A DNA stretch of 64,000 nt from assembly GCA_965644295.1 (NCBI GenBank), contig CBFFRP010000362.1:321217-385216 (forward strand). The letters are read 5' to 3'. This document shows, piece by piece, positions 51,642-64,000 of the stretch (position 1 is its first letter; each line of letters starts with the position of its first letter). The stretch comes from Paraphysomonas bandaiensis (taxonomy: Eukaryota; Protista; Chrysophyceae). The position numbers were made by a program, and so were the translations under genes. The notes beneath the pieces were generated by a model. The model saw only the letters and a program-made list of their open reading frames with translations, did no database searches and was not told the DNA's origin.

Positions 51642-53371
51642 CTAAACTATGAACTGCATTCTTGCCGACCGACATGTGCAGTACCATCCCCTCCAAGGCG
51701 GACACACCATCAACAATTCAATCATATCTCCTGCTTCAGGAGTTCCCAACGACGTGTTGCTGAACTCAATGTCTTGTGAGTACTCCTGGTATGTACACAG
51801 CACTGTGCCTATTAAATGAACTGCAATTATATTTTTACTTCTCCCAGGTTTTCTTCGAGAAATCATAAAGCAACTCTTATTCGACCCACCAAAACCCTGG
51901 TCTTTGCCCACACATGTCACATGTAGCCCACGAGCACCGCTACTAGGAACATTCAAAGTGACATATCCTTTGCAATACCATCCTCTCTGCAATACATCAA
52001 GATGATTCGGAATGATGCGTGGGGATTCTGCGAGATACGTTATAGAGTCTTCTCCTTCGCGGGTCACTTCTAGTGATTGCTGCACATTCATCACCTCTGA
52101 CAGTGACATTCCTGTGGGAACTGATACAAGATCGGTAACTCGCACGGGTCTTCGACACATGGGGCATAGACAGCTTTTTGAGTCAGGTGTAGCGGAAATG
52201 TAAGACATTATGCAGGCTCGACAGAAGAAGTGTTTACAGTGTGTAGCAACGCGGTCAACATATAACTGTGATATACGTCAGAAATCACTTCACAAGCACA
52301 ATATATTGTCCATTAATATGATATCAGGACAAAGAAGGTATCGTTCATAAATATTTGTTACCTCAAAACAAACACAACAGTAGTTATCATATGAGGAATG
52401 ACGCTTCATACTAGTCATCTTAACTGGCGACATGCTGCGTGAAGTAATATCGGACTCCAATCTCTGTGGAAATGGTGCTGGTAGAGCTGGTGTAGCAGTC
52501 TCTGGAACCTGCGTTTCACTCGATACATTATCTGTATCTGAAGTTGGTTGTGGGTGAGTAAATAACCAGTCAAGTGCGGCTGAAGCGATATCTTCATCTA
52601 CTCCATTGGCCATTACGGAGTCTATTGCCTCACGGGCCCGCTCCTAAAATACGACCTTAGATAAACGCCAACCACATACATGTGACACACTATATAATAA
52701 TAACTCACCTCATCAATTAGGTAAGTATTATGCAAGTACATAACAATACTGGCAACGGACATACTGTCCATGACTGAATTTGCGACGCCTTCGGTTGGAG
52801 GATGGTGCCATAAATCATGCGTTGACTGTTCCGTAGCAGTTGCATCATTATTTGCTCTATGGGTATTATCAGTGTCCATTGTATGAATAGAAATCCTGGC
52901 CTGAATACATATACATTCAAAGCCTTGATATGGTGCAGATACTGCCCATAAGCCGAGTACATCACCGATATTAATAGATTGAAGCAGAAAATGTGATATC
53001 GCTATATGAACATCAATATCTCGCTCGTCATGATAAACTTGTGATACATTGGACTGACTTTTGACTTCTCCATGTTCATTTTGTAATATAAGCATCATTT
53101 TAGAGTGTCCTGCGTTTCCCCATCCTTGATCGCGTGCAGTGCAGGAGATATGCACGCCAATTACTGGGATCATCTCTTCAATTATATTAACAGAAATTAC
53201 AGGCTTTCCAGGCCATCCCATCGGACAGATAGGGTCATTGTGATATACGCGAATAATATCGAGTTGAGTTTGTTCGAATAAGCCGGAGTTAATCTGCTGG
53301 ATCTCATTGCTGGTATCGAGGGGGTCATTGTTGGAAACTGTAGTAGCAGCTGAGCTTACTGTACACCCCAT
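51642..53371 (-). CDS. N-acylated RING/UBA protein with two DQG(W/F)G beta-domains, multi-exon
   Basis: MGCTVSS start, RDQGWG and KDQGFG domains, UBA-like NGVDEDIASAALDWLFTH, RING CCVCFE...CKHFFCRAC...CPMCR. Confidence 0.8.
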
Positions 53372-54069
53372 GATGCACAGGGATAATACAGGCTCTTATT
53401 TGGCTCTTTCAATAGTATGAATTATCAGTGATAGGAAGAGACCGCAACAGTGACAGGAGTCACATATGAGGACTGCATACGCAAACAACTCTATCACTGT
53501 AAGTCATATACGTGTCGTGATAGTTATTAACGAATCTGGTAGTTAAGACTACGAGAAAGTGATCATATATAAGGGTTGCATCACTGATGCTTTAGATTTG
53601 CGGTTAAAGTCTACTGACCGGCTCTATAGCTAATTACTGCATCTCTTACACTATAGAAAACAGTGTTTTTGTACTCAGTTGATGTGAAATACATGGATAT
53701 CTTGTGCTTTTCAGTCTGAAAATAGCAATTATTTGTGTTCACTGGTGGAGTAGGGAGATTTTTTACTAGAATTTGGCCACATCAATTCCAAATTCGTCAC
53801 AAGAAAACGTTCTGAAGAAAGCACATGCATGATACCATCGCCAGGTACTTAAAAAGAATACAGAATATATGTACCAACCTACCTGTACCTACATACCTGT
53901 ACATACGTACATACATACATAAATACATGCAGTGGGTGCTATGAGATACATCTACTAGTACGTAGAAGTAGGTGCAGTGGAGTATGCAGTAGTCTATAGC
54001 TATCTCAGTGTGGATAGTCCTCATATATTAACGCCACTCTAATCGTATCACATAACTACCATTATAATC

Positions 54070-54792
54070 ATGGGAAATTCTCATCCAACTTCTACCCATC
54101 ATATGGAAGATGTTGTTGCCCATATGATGCCCCTCTACTACACCCCCTTACCCATTCAACAGGTCGATATAGATAACTGTCGCGGCGGGTGGGATGCCAT
54201 CATGTCTTCTCAATCAGCTGAATTCAATACAGTAAAACATCGTACAGGATTTATACATGATTCATGTCGTACCTGGTTCTCTAAAGTATTCTATTACCGT
54301 ATTATAGATATACAGCCGCATATTGAGTACTTGTTCGATAACTCGTACAGGGCTCTGTCGAACAGCATCGAGAACATGATATCTCTCGCTATCTCACAAT
54401 TACAAAATTTTGAGGAGTTTTCATCCAGTCTCAAATCGATTGCCACTAGCCAAATTCATCATGGCATATATATCACTGATTTTTTCTCCTATGGTGATGC
54501 CCTCTTCTACTCATTGGAACAAGTACTTGGCAGAGAATTCACTCCTCAAGATTTAACTTCATGGCAGAAATTATATTCCTCTATTTTACGTGTCATTGTA
54601 CCAGCCTGTATTAAGTATCTTACATCAAATCCTCGGAAACCTGTTGTACCCCCACGCAGTCGAAGAGATATGCATAGTGAAATCGAGGTCAACATAGCTG
54701 GATCTCCACGACATGCCCATGATTCAACTCTGGAGTTGTATGTCAACAACGACAGAGGAATGTCGCATATGTTAGACGATTATGAGATTTAG
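54070..54792 (+). CDS. Globin-domain protein with N-terminal MG (possible myristoylation)
   Basis: W..I (A helix), VFYYRIIDIQPHIEYLF (B/C/CD1), YGDALFYSLEQVLG...W.KLY (G/H helices). Confidence 0.85.
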   Translation: MGNSHPTSTHHMEDVVAHMMPLYYTPLPIQQVDIDNCRGGWDAIMSSQSAEFNTVKHRTGFIHDSCRTWFSKVFYYRIIDIQPHIEYLFDNSYRALSNSIENMISLAISQLQNFEEFSSSLKSIATSQIHHGIYITDFFSYGDALFYSLEQVLGREFTPQDLTSWQKLYSSILRVIVPACIKYLTSNPRKPVVPPRSRRDMHSEIEVNIAGSPRHAHDSTLELYVNNDRGMSHMLDDYEI

Positions 54793-55724
54793 ATTTAAAA
54801 TTGTAATTTCTATGTTAAGTGTTTTTCAGAATGACTCCTGTATGTATTTTTATTTCTGCGCTATTGAAAAATTTTGGCTTTAGAAATTCGTGTTTGTAGT
54901 TCTATTCGGCTAATAAGTATTATTACTTACCAAAGTCAATTAGACAAATACTGACCTACCTATCCATTATTAAATTTAGCGTTTATCGGGATAACACGAG
55001 AATATAACATACAACACTGTCAAGGTGAGTGTTAAGTGCTAGATTATATGATTATACTATTGCACAAAAAAGTAGGGCATATCAGATATCCGCTTTTCAG
55101 AATTAAATATCTACAACTATTTCAACTGTCTGAAAAGTTGAGAATCATTCCCACAGTCGAACACAAGCCATGTAGAAAGTCTGATAGATAGCAGGGTTAT
55201 ACATTATAATTAATCATTAAAAGATAATTTCGCCTTGCTAAGATTAATATTTCAATATTCAGCCCTGTCAGGGTGCCACTGGTGGAGAGTTTCACGTTCT
55301 CTACCACGACAAAATCCTAGATGAGAATATCAAATCCAAGAACAATACGATTTCATCGTCGCAGTACACCAGTGCAATGTTCATCAACAATATATTGTAT
55401 CTTCTACTGATTATATTGTTTTATTACGCTGGAGAGATGAAACAGCGGTTGGTATTACTAACGCACTATATTCTATATTAGTCAGTGCATACCAGGACTG
55501 TTCAATTATAATTGGAATAATTGATGTACTCAAGTAGCTATACATTTGCTGCCAAAATAGCCTGCTAAACTGTTATTTCATCCCAAAGGGGCGATAGATC
55601 AACACATTTGAACACATGTTAATGGTATACAGTATTTTGGAGCCTTTAACTAGCTACAACATGTAGTTGATACCAAACCCGTAAATTATAATGGCACTAA
55701 TAAAAATTATAACGGCCATTAATG

Positions 55725-55846
55725 CAGGGCCTGGTAACCGTTAATGGTAATGGCATTATAATTGCCGGGACATTTGTCATTAATGCCATTATAATTGCCT
55801 GGAACTGGACTACCATTAATGGGCCATTAACGGCTACCAGACCTTG
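55725..55846. mobile_element. hAT-type MITE (122 bp)
   Basis: 23-bp terminal inverted repeats CAGGGCCTGGTAACCGTTAATGG / CAAGGTCTGGTAGCCGTTAATGG (reverse complement). 8-bp target site duplication CATTAATG/CATTTATG. Confidence 0.8.
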
Positions 55847-57137
55847 CATTTATGGTTGGAGTAATTCGATCGACCCTATCAGCGTTAGAGTAAGCGAATT
55901 CTTTCATTAAAAAATTAAAAGAGAGCATAAAGCGTGATGATTCTATTGATTATTGGTCATTTTAACAAGTTTGATCGTTTAGAAAATTTTGTAGTAATTA
56001 TACTGGATAGACTCTTTATTATAATTACATACACAATTGTGTGTGTTCTTATGTAAGATATGTCAACAGCATGATAATTTAAATTGTTGATATCAACCAC
56101 TGCTCAACTTCCGTATCTTGAATCGTCATGATACAATACTTCAGTTTCACAATTATAGCTACGTATTACTGTTATTCACATTGTATTAAACGTATTCTAC
56201 AGTACTATCTTAGAGAACCATACGTATTCCAACAGATTCATCACCATGTAATAGAGGCATTGATATTTTACATTCCATAAAATTATTAACAAGCAGCATA
56301 TCATAATGTGTGTTGATGAAGTGCGAATAATATGATCAGATATGATTGTCGCTATATTTTTTGTATTGTGAGCTATTATCACTTTATCTGAACATATACA
56401 CATTATGCCGTACTTAAGCAATGAAAGTGTTGATTGCGAATACCACAAAGCAGGCACTTCAATTATCGAGTGTGTTGCTTATCACGAAACTATTTACTAA
56501 CACTTATAGCTTCGAATTTTCCGCTAATAATTCGCAAAGTTGCTACAAAGTAGCTGTGGAGTTGAATTAACATTGTTTGGAGTTTCTTCGCAGAATAGAT
56601 GAGACCATCAACAAAGTCAGACTCGCACAATTTAGTAGTGTTCTGGGGGACAAGTTCCGGAGAGATTCTCTCTGGGAAACAACGTGAGCCTCAAACATAT
56701 AGACAGAGTGCTTGTGTGGTACAAGAGGCGCCAATAAGTGTCACTTGTGTAAACGTCGTTGGGCCCTGGCGAATAAACAGGCATCCGGAAATCGGCCCAC
56801 CTCAAGGGTACCCGGGACAGGGAATACTAATGACTAGAAAAGTACTTTTAATACTTACTGATAGCATAAATCAATTCCATGTACTGTCTGTGAATCCGCA
56901 CATGGGACAAAATCAACATGCAAAACAAAGTGGAGATACTACGACTTCCACCTACACTTACATCCACAACAACATCAATCTAAAATGCGTCCACTTAAGA
57001 GTGGTGAACAACTTGATTACACCGGAGAGTACGTAATAATATATCGTGGTAATTATGCTGGAACACACCATATGCTAGCTGCCCATTGTATTCTGTGCAT
57101 GAGAAAATGCAATTAGCTAAGGCAGGCATTGAGTCCA

Positions 57138-60100
57138 CTATTCAATACAAACCTGTGTTACGTTTTTATCGCTATCCGGTCCTGCTTTTACGATAAGCAG
57201 TTTCTTTACTCCCTTCAACGATGTAACATGCTTCGTGTCACCGTCAACTTGATGATAATTTACTATCGATGGCAATTTCTCCACATCCGAATTACTACCT
57301 TGGTTTGGACAGCTACCACTACGACTTCCACCTGAAGATGCGTTCACAGAAGTCGCACGTGGAGAAAATAATACTGCACCATTCAGATTCGGTTTGTGCC
57401 TCCTTTCAGCCGAAATAACATCTGCATATACGAAAATGAACGGCAAATATCAAGATTTGTTTATACGGTTGATGATGGGGTCTACTTAAGGTTCAATACG
57501 TACCAATCATTCGAGGCCCGGGTAAACTTTGAGACATCAGTGACGTCGAGCCCCCATCGGATGAGGTTTTCGGTCGTCTCCCTCCTCTAAAGTCTGACTT
57601 TCTGGTTCCTGAAACTTGGATACGTGGGGCTTCGGCCCGGTGATGTCGTTTGTCATTAGTAGAATTTTTCGGGGCCTTAGAATTCGATGATTCGTAAACC
57701 TTATGAATATTTCTTATGCCATTATTAAGGCGATTGCTTACACGATCCTTCACTTTCGCCTTTGCCACATCACTCTTGAAAGCCCATAGACTTTCTTCGG
57801 TAATTTTATTATCTTTCTTATGGCCGATAATCAAAGCCGCAATTTTTCGGTCATGAGCATTCTCAAAAGGTGTTCCACTACGGTTCCCTCGCCGCGAGTT
57901 GCTGACCTGCTCAGTAGACATGTCAGTCGAAACTACATCGACATTGTTTTCTGGGGTTAATGCCGTCCGCTTTTGTACAGCTGCAGTCATAGGGCTGAAC
58001 GACACTGGCTTATTCTGCACAGGGGGGGCCACCGTGAACAACTCATTCTGGTGACTGCGTGCTGAAGCAATTGTGGATTGAAGAGGTGGAGTTGATTCTA
58101 CGTTCCTGCGGCTAGATACTGATGGGTTTATACCTGACTTCTTGCGTACCGGGGTGACTACACTCAGAGGAATAGCAAGAGAAACCTCTGCCCCCCCAAA
58201 ACTAGGATCCAGCAGGGTATATGCAGGCGGCGACGAGGAAGTTTGCCGTTCAGGAAGTTTCGGTTTACATAGACGTTCAACCGACTCCTTCTGTTGCGAT
58301 ATTTCTTCATTTAAACCATTTGGGTAATTGTTCATAGAACTATCAGATGGTGGACCAGAAGAATCGACACAAGGTACAGGGTTCAATGTGTTATTCGAAA
58401 CGTCATAAGATATACTGCTCCCAGAGCCATCAACGACCACAGCCGTACAATTACTAATGCCAATATCACTGGTGCCAGTCGTGATCATATCTATCCCTGG
58501 AGCAGATCGTGGGGTATCCGAGGATAGTGGCGACGTAGCACCTGACAGACAGCTCACCGTTGCTTTACTATCCATTTCCGAGAGTTTCGCAGTTAGGGTG
58601 GAAGTCGAAGGATTGCAACCTTCTGATTGACTAGGACTCTGTTGGATTACTGTGACAGGCCTGCGGCTCGTTTGAATAGGTGACGGTGTCAAGCGCTGTA
58701 CAATCGCATTGGGTTTGTGGGGCGGTGAAGTAGGCGAACTCACTCTATTGCGGAAATTTCTTCGATTTTTCTTGTCGGCCTCAGAAGCAGTACGCACCAG
58801 TCTCCTACTTGAACTTGACGTGGACTCCAAAAACTTTACAGGAGACCCATTGTTACTTCGTTTCACAACAGGAGAATTTGCCCGAGATGTGGTTTCTATA
58901 TCTGAATTATCTTCCCTTTCCTCTTCAGATTTCGCAGCTTGTAAATCCATCCATCGCTTAACGTTCTCCGATACATGCTGTTCCCAAGAAGTAATACCAT
59001 CTCCAAACACCTTAGTACCCAACACATGCGATAGTATTAGAGTCGCAGCTCGCTTCAGATAAACTGCAACACCGTCGGCTTTCGACATTCCTCCCCCACC
59101 AGTATCACCAGATACATTTAAACCAAAGCCCAATCCTGTTGCTAGAAGATTTCCAACAGGTAGAGGGGACTGCGATTCGGAAGCCATGGAATCGTGTTTC
59201 AGTGACAATACCTATAAAATACAGAGATAATTTGGTTATTATCAACGTATATCATGAAAATTATTATAACCCAAGCAACTTCAATTATAATATATAACTC
59301 TAGAAAACATTTATAGAAGTCAAAATGAACAATATATGTCACCTCTGCCGCATCATTTACTTCAACTTGACCTCTCTTATAGTATACATCGATTGGTTTA
59401 TCGGTAGAATCAACAATCGAATATGACGTGTTTGCCCCGTATCCACAAGCCCATATGATAACATGGGCTTCATCACAGAGTCGAGTGTACATAGTCTGAT
59501 GGTGGGTACCATCCGCCCCCACAGCAAGCATTCTGCCGCAAATGTCTTAGTCCATACAGCACAACAAAGATAATAATAGATTTATTCGTGGCGTTGATGA
59601 TATACATTTACTTTCTAACCACAAGGACAAATGTCTATTCAATTAAATATTCCATAAGATTACCTCACTCTAGTCTCTATGCCTGTCCGAATATTCCTAT
59701 ACAGGTTCTTCGCATCACCCCTCAGACCCGAGAAGGCGTGTATCTGCCCTTGCTTATTCACTCCATCATAGCTCGTGTACTTGTCTTTGTCTGCATCCTT
59801 CTTGCACGAGTAAAATACTTTGACTGCTGTTCGATGAATAATATATATACAGTGTGGATACTGATTAGCTGTCCCAGGAAATGTCACTGAATTATCCGTA
59901 TCTTTGTTCCACCCTAATTTGTTTAGGCATATCCAAGCAGCTGAGAAAGCACTATGAGCTCCACCAATGATGACGATTCGTTTACGATTATAGTTCCTCA
60001 ATTTATGTATTAGGTCATTGATGCCAAGTTCAGTACATACGTGGTCAGAAGTCATAAGTTTTTTATTATGTAGAGAATTCGGTAAACGAGGTAATGCCTG

Positions 60101-60915
60101 GTAACCACCGGATGCCAATACAACCACTTTACTATGAACTTCGAACATTGTCTTAGTGCTTAAATTTAGAGCTGTTATTTTCCATGTTTTCTTGTCTGCA
60201 CTTTGTTGTAACCGTGTTACCTCCGTATTGCAATGTATAGCACTGTCCTGAGGAAACGCTTCAACAGCGTGCATCACCACTTCTCCCACTTCAACAAGAA
60301 ACTTGCCAATGTCTGACAGAGCAGCAGTCGTGGATTTGTATTCTTGTAGAAACTGGGATATTTTACTCTGCGCGTTTCATATCACACAACTCTTTTGGGT
60401 ACATAACGCAGGGAAGATAACACAAAACTTTCTACAGCGCGAATAAACTTATGCAATACCTTTCCAAGTGGTTCCAGAACTGTACCAGTCGCAATTTCAG
60501 GTGGCAACGCATTCGGTCGGTCTTGGGTTATATTCGTCACGAATTTAGAGCCGTTGGTGTTACTGTTAATCTATAATATAAAACAAATTATACACTGCCT
60601 AATAAGCATTGGAATGGGTGTACTTTGTAGTGTTGCAGCCGCCCTCCCCCAATACTGGCTCTGGAACACATATCAAACATACACACTCCACCATACTGTA
60701 CAGGTTCTCCATTTTCAGTTGTAGTTTTCTGAGAAAATAATTCACTTTCAAACCCCAAATGGATGGCACGGACAATGATGGATGTGCCAGCGGGACCTGC
60801 TCCGACTATTGCCATTTGATACCTTACAAAAATATACACTTATATTTCGTTCAACAACACTGTGATAAACTTACGGGCATAATCTTGAGCCCGCTTTAGC
60901 CTCCATTCCACTCAT
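57138..60915 (-). CDS. FAD/NAD(P)-dependent oxidoreductase with long Ser/Pro-rich disordered C-terminus, multi-exon
   Basis: AIVGAGPAG, GGGRLQHYK|INSNT, VVLASGG, IVIIGGAHSA, IWACGY, GLGFG...DGVAVY. The 3' end is uncertain. Confidence 0.8.
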
Positions 60916-61373
60916 CAGACCACAGCAAACAATATCCTTCTGTTCAAAGCAGTTGAAAGCATTCTAACGATCACTCACATGAATCATAATCTCTTTTACT
61001 TTAAGTGATGAAGGATTCAGAATGTTCTACTGATAGATATTGTAGTCTACGGATAGATTACGATCCCTGTGGTGTAGTTAGGTGATGTGTCTTGTGTTGT
61101 GTCTGAGGTAACTGGTCTGGTACATGTAGAGGTCCACAGCAGTGTATATATAGAGATAGCGGATCTCTACATACACAGAGAGAGTAGACGAGATTTTGAT
61201 GTTATCAACATATTTATACACTCTCACTACAGTTTCGGGTTCGAAAATAGGCTATTTTCCAGTTAGTGTACACTTTTAGCACTATTGAAGAGTAAAATGT
61301 GCTATTTTTGGTGCCTGGAATAATTCTTGTCACATCATACGGGGTGGACTACGACCGTAAGACTGTTAATGCC

Positions 61374-61505
61374 CCGTATCGGCATCCTTCGTATATTTTT
61401 GTTTCAAGATGCCTCTAATATTGAGACAACAATTATGTGTATTCCAGCCGTAAGTTGACTGCAGTAATATAGAGAATTTATACCTCAATTTATTTCCGAA
61501 AAATA
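61374..61505 (+). repeat. 132-bp dispersed repeat, copy 2
   Basis: Matches 5667-5798. Confidence 0.85.
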
Positions 61506-62967
61506 AGTTTATGCTACGCCCGGCTATGATATGAAGGATTGTGTATCATTATATCATGCATATATATGCACCGTAGGTGAAATACTGTGGCAGTATTTTT
61601 TGGGTAGCGTGTGACTATGTTTCACCTAGGAAGTATGTATGTTAGTATGGCAGTCTTTTTTTGCACTTTTTTGGGTTTTTCTCTTAACTGTCACTCTTCA
61701 CACACACAACCAAACAGACAGCCGAGACTATCCATCGATCAGGCTTGCTCTGGGCTGCAATTCATCCTAATTGATCATCGACATTCATAATTTGGATGTA
61801 AAGTTATTGACGGGCAAAGAGAGGACACTTTCAAGGATTTCGTCGAAACCGTTTTTTTTGTATGTTAGTATGGCAGGTTTTCACAGTCGGTGGAAGTCAC
61901 TTACACACCATATTATGGAATGATCCCTACATGACGCGTCATGAGAGCTCCATACATTACATCTGACATTGCCATTAGACTAATTCAACTGTGCTTGATA
62001 CGCTGATATGCTCAGATTTTTGTAATTCGTTGTGTAGCATTGTGTAGAGCAGCTTACACACAATGACCTGGTATTTCACTGTAGTGTCTGTAGCTCACCA
62101 AGAGTGACATTGATGCACAAATGAAACAATGAAACTTATTATTTACTATGTTTAAAATGAGTGTGGACGACCAACGTCACCCTGACAGCGTTTAGCTGAT
62201 TGAAAGCGACGAGGAATCTCTGGGTTGTCACGATACAGGCGCCCTACCATTCTCTGTATTTAACGTGCATGATAGTGACATAAAATGTTGTTACGACGGT
62301 ATTAGGTATACAAGGGAACACCTTGGTCCTAATGAAGCTATAGTAGCGTTTTACATGGCAATCAGAGTGCTAAGCATCGAGAAGGGATAGAGCACAATAT
62401 GATACCGAGAGGTGTGATGCGTTCTCACTCGCTTTTGCAGTGACCTGTCAATGGATTTATACTTAGATTCGGTATTAACATTCAATAATGTACTTGGTGG
62501 AATAACCCCTGCCACGAATGGGAATGGTTGCGCTGTGCACAACAGAAACTGCACAGGAGTTAGAATTGTGCAATCGTTAGTGATTGGATCTACATACTGG
62601 GCTAGTGATGGGCCACTACACCAACGCGGCATTGGGATAGAGGTAGTAGTTTATACCGCCTATCTCATTCAGCAGTAGGTCTAGTCAGTAGTGAGTAAAT
62701 GAATCACTGAGTAAAAAAGCAATGTGGCCAGAGATTAAGACCGAGGTTTATGTAATGTTCAGTTAACTGCCATCAGTGGCACCGCAACTTCTTAATTTCG
62801 TGTTGTATTTGGTGAATATAGTGTATCACTAGAAATACAATCTATTTCATAAGGCTAGTTATGGTATTCTGACATAATATCTGCCACAATGGACATACGA
62901 CATACCCATGCTCTGGGATTTTGGTGAACCCGCACATGCTATCTAGCTATATCTGAAAGTATAAAGT

Positions 62968-64000
62968 TGTTGGAAATTCTAATAAATTATTATTTTAAAT
63001 TATGATAATAAATTCTTGAACTTTGTTGATCACAATATAAATTATTCTAACTGCTATGTGTTTCCTAGTTGATCACTCTATGTAATTAACTGCTAAGTGT
63101 TTTCTGATTGATCACTCTATCGACAGTCTACAGTAAATATGATAAAATTTCATATATAGACGTATGTATAATAGAGCCATCAACATGAGACATCAGTAAC
63201 TGAATTTAATTCCTTTGTAACTATAATCACCCGTTACACCTATGAGTTGACTTTACCTATTGCACACTGTTAACTCACTTCAATTGCACAATATATATCA
63301 CATCATATTGCAGAACTCAACACTCCCACTCAATTGGATGTAGTTAACCTTTCTAAAATTTGTGAAGAACATTGCTATCGGATACGCAACCACCGAACCT
63401 CATAGGACACTGGTGGACGTATGACTCCGCTGGTATAGCTAGCTCCCACCATTCATTCACCTCTATCTAGTTACGACGAACTCTCTTTACCTTGGGTACC
63501 TCTGCGATAATTTGTGCAGTAGTCTTAAATTTTTCCCCAAGATTTCGCTCCCCCTGTTCAATGAATATTGGACCACGCACAGCCATCTGTATGTCTGCCT
63601 GCATCACATGAATTAACTTCGCTGTATTAAACTGCGTCTGGGGACCTATCATGCTCTCTAATCATATGATACTTAACTACCTTCGATATGCTTCGATCGT
63701 TGATGTTGCACTGGATTTTCCGATATATATCCTGAGCACTTTGACTATCCAGGAATAATGGTGTGGGCTCGTCTATTTTCAACCCTACTTCTCCAGTCAC
63801 CCCCCGAGACGATATCATTTCCTGTAATCCATTATATAAGTATTTATTTCCTGCTTGCATAGTCGATGTAGCTACAGTAGACTGAAGTTTGGAGCCCCAC
63901 GATAGTGGTCCACCAACTCCACACATAACATAACCTGAAGTTGATCTCCTCGTCAACGGATCACCCGCCCAGTCAGCATCCGTGAACATATGAAGATCAA
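62968..64000 (-). mobile_element. Decayed Ty1/Copia element: RNase H fragment, polypurine tract and 3' LTR (62968-63322)
   Basis: FTDADWAGDPLTRRSTSGY...LSWGSKLQSTVATST with frameshifts. Minus-strand polypurine tract GAGTGGGAG then TGTTG...TTCCAACA. Confidence 0.85.

Noticed and set aside
55280-55320. Hairpin followed 10 nt later by CTAG (Helitron 3' end-like)
   Set aside because: The next base is A, not the T expected of the A|T target, and there is no second copy or 5' TC end.
56599-57036. 145-aa + strand ORF
   Set aside because: No recognisable motif. It lies in the probable 3' region of the minus-strand flavoprotein gene.

Overview
Gene-dense eukaryotic nuclear DNA with short (~50-100 nt) GT-AG introns, most likely a stramenopile (ochrophyte/chrysophyte-like; H3 carries the [11 protein letters not shown] signature). 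About 24 protein-coding genes: histones H1, H3 and H4, an inositol 5-phosphatase-C2, a Kv-type K+ channel, a FAAP100-like protein, a JmjC protein, a class 3 lipase, adrenodoxin reductase, an SPFH protein, Rab5, a CRAL-TRIO-PH-propeller protein, TMEM14, a PPTase, a RING-UBA protein, a globin and a flavoprotein, among others. Also two decayed Copia LTR elements, hAT-type MITEs and three long (TATG)n arrays. The strongest unexplained signal is a shared histone regulatory grammar. All three histone genes, including an intron-containing H1, have a metazoan-type 3' stem-loop followed by GGAAT at exactly +11 (a candidate histone downstream element), and their promoters share long identical motifs. 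Other notable features: near-perfect head-to-head gene alternation with CATA-repeat promoters, a ~170-nt miRNA-like hairpin, and a fold-back Copia with a perfect 129-bp inverted repeat. All homology calls are from motif recognition by eye, not database searches, and exon boundaries are manual.
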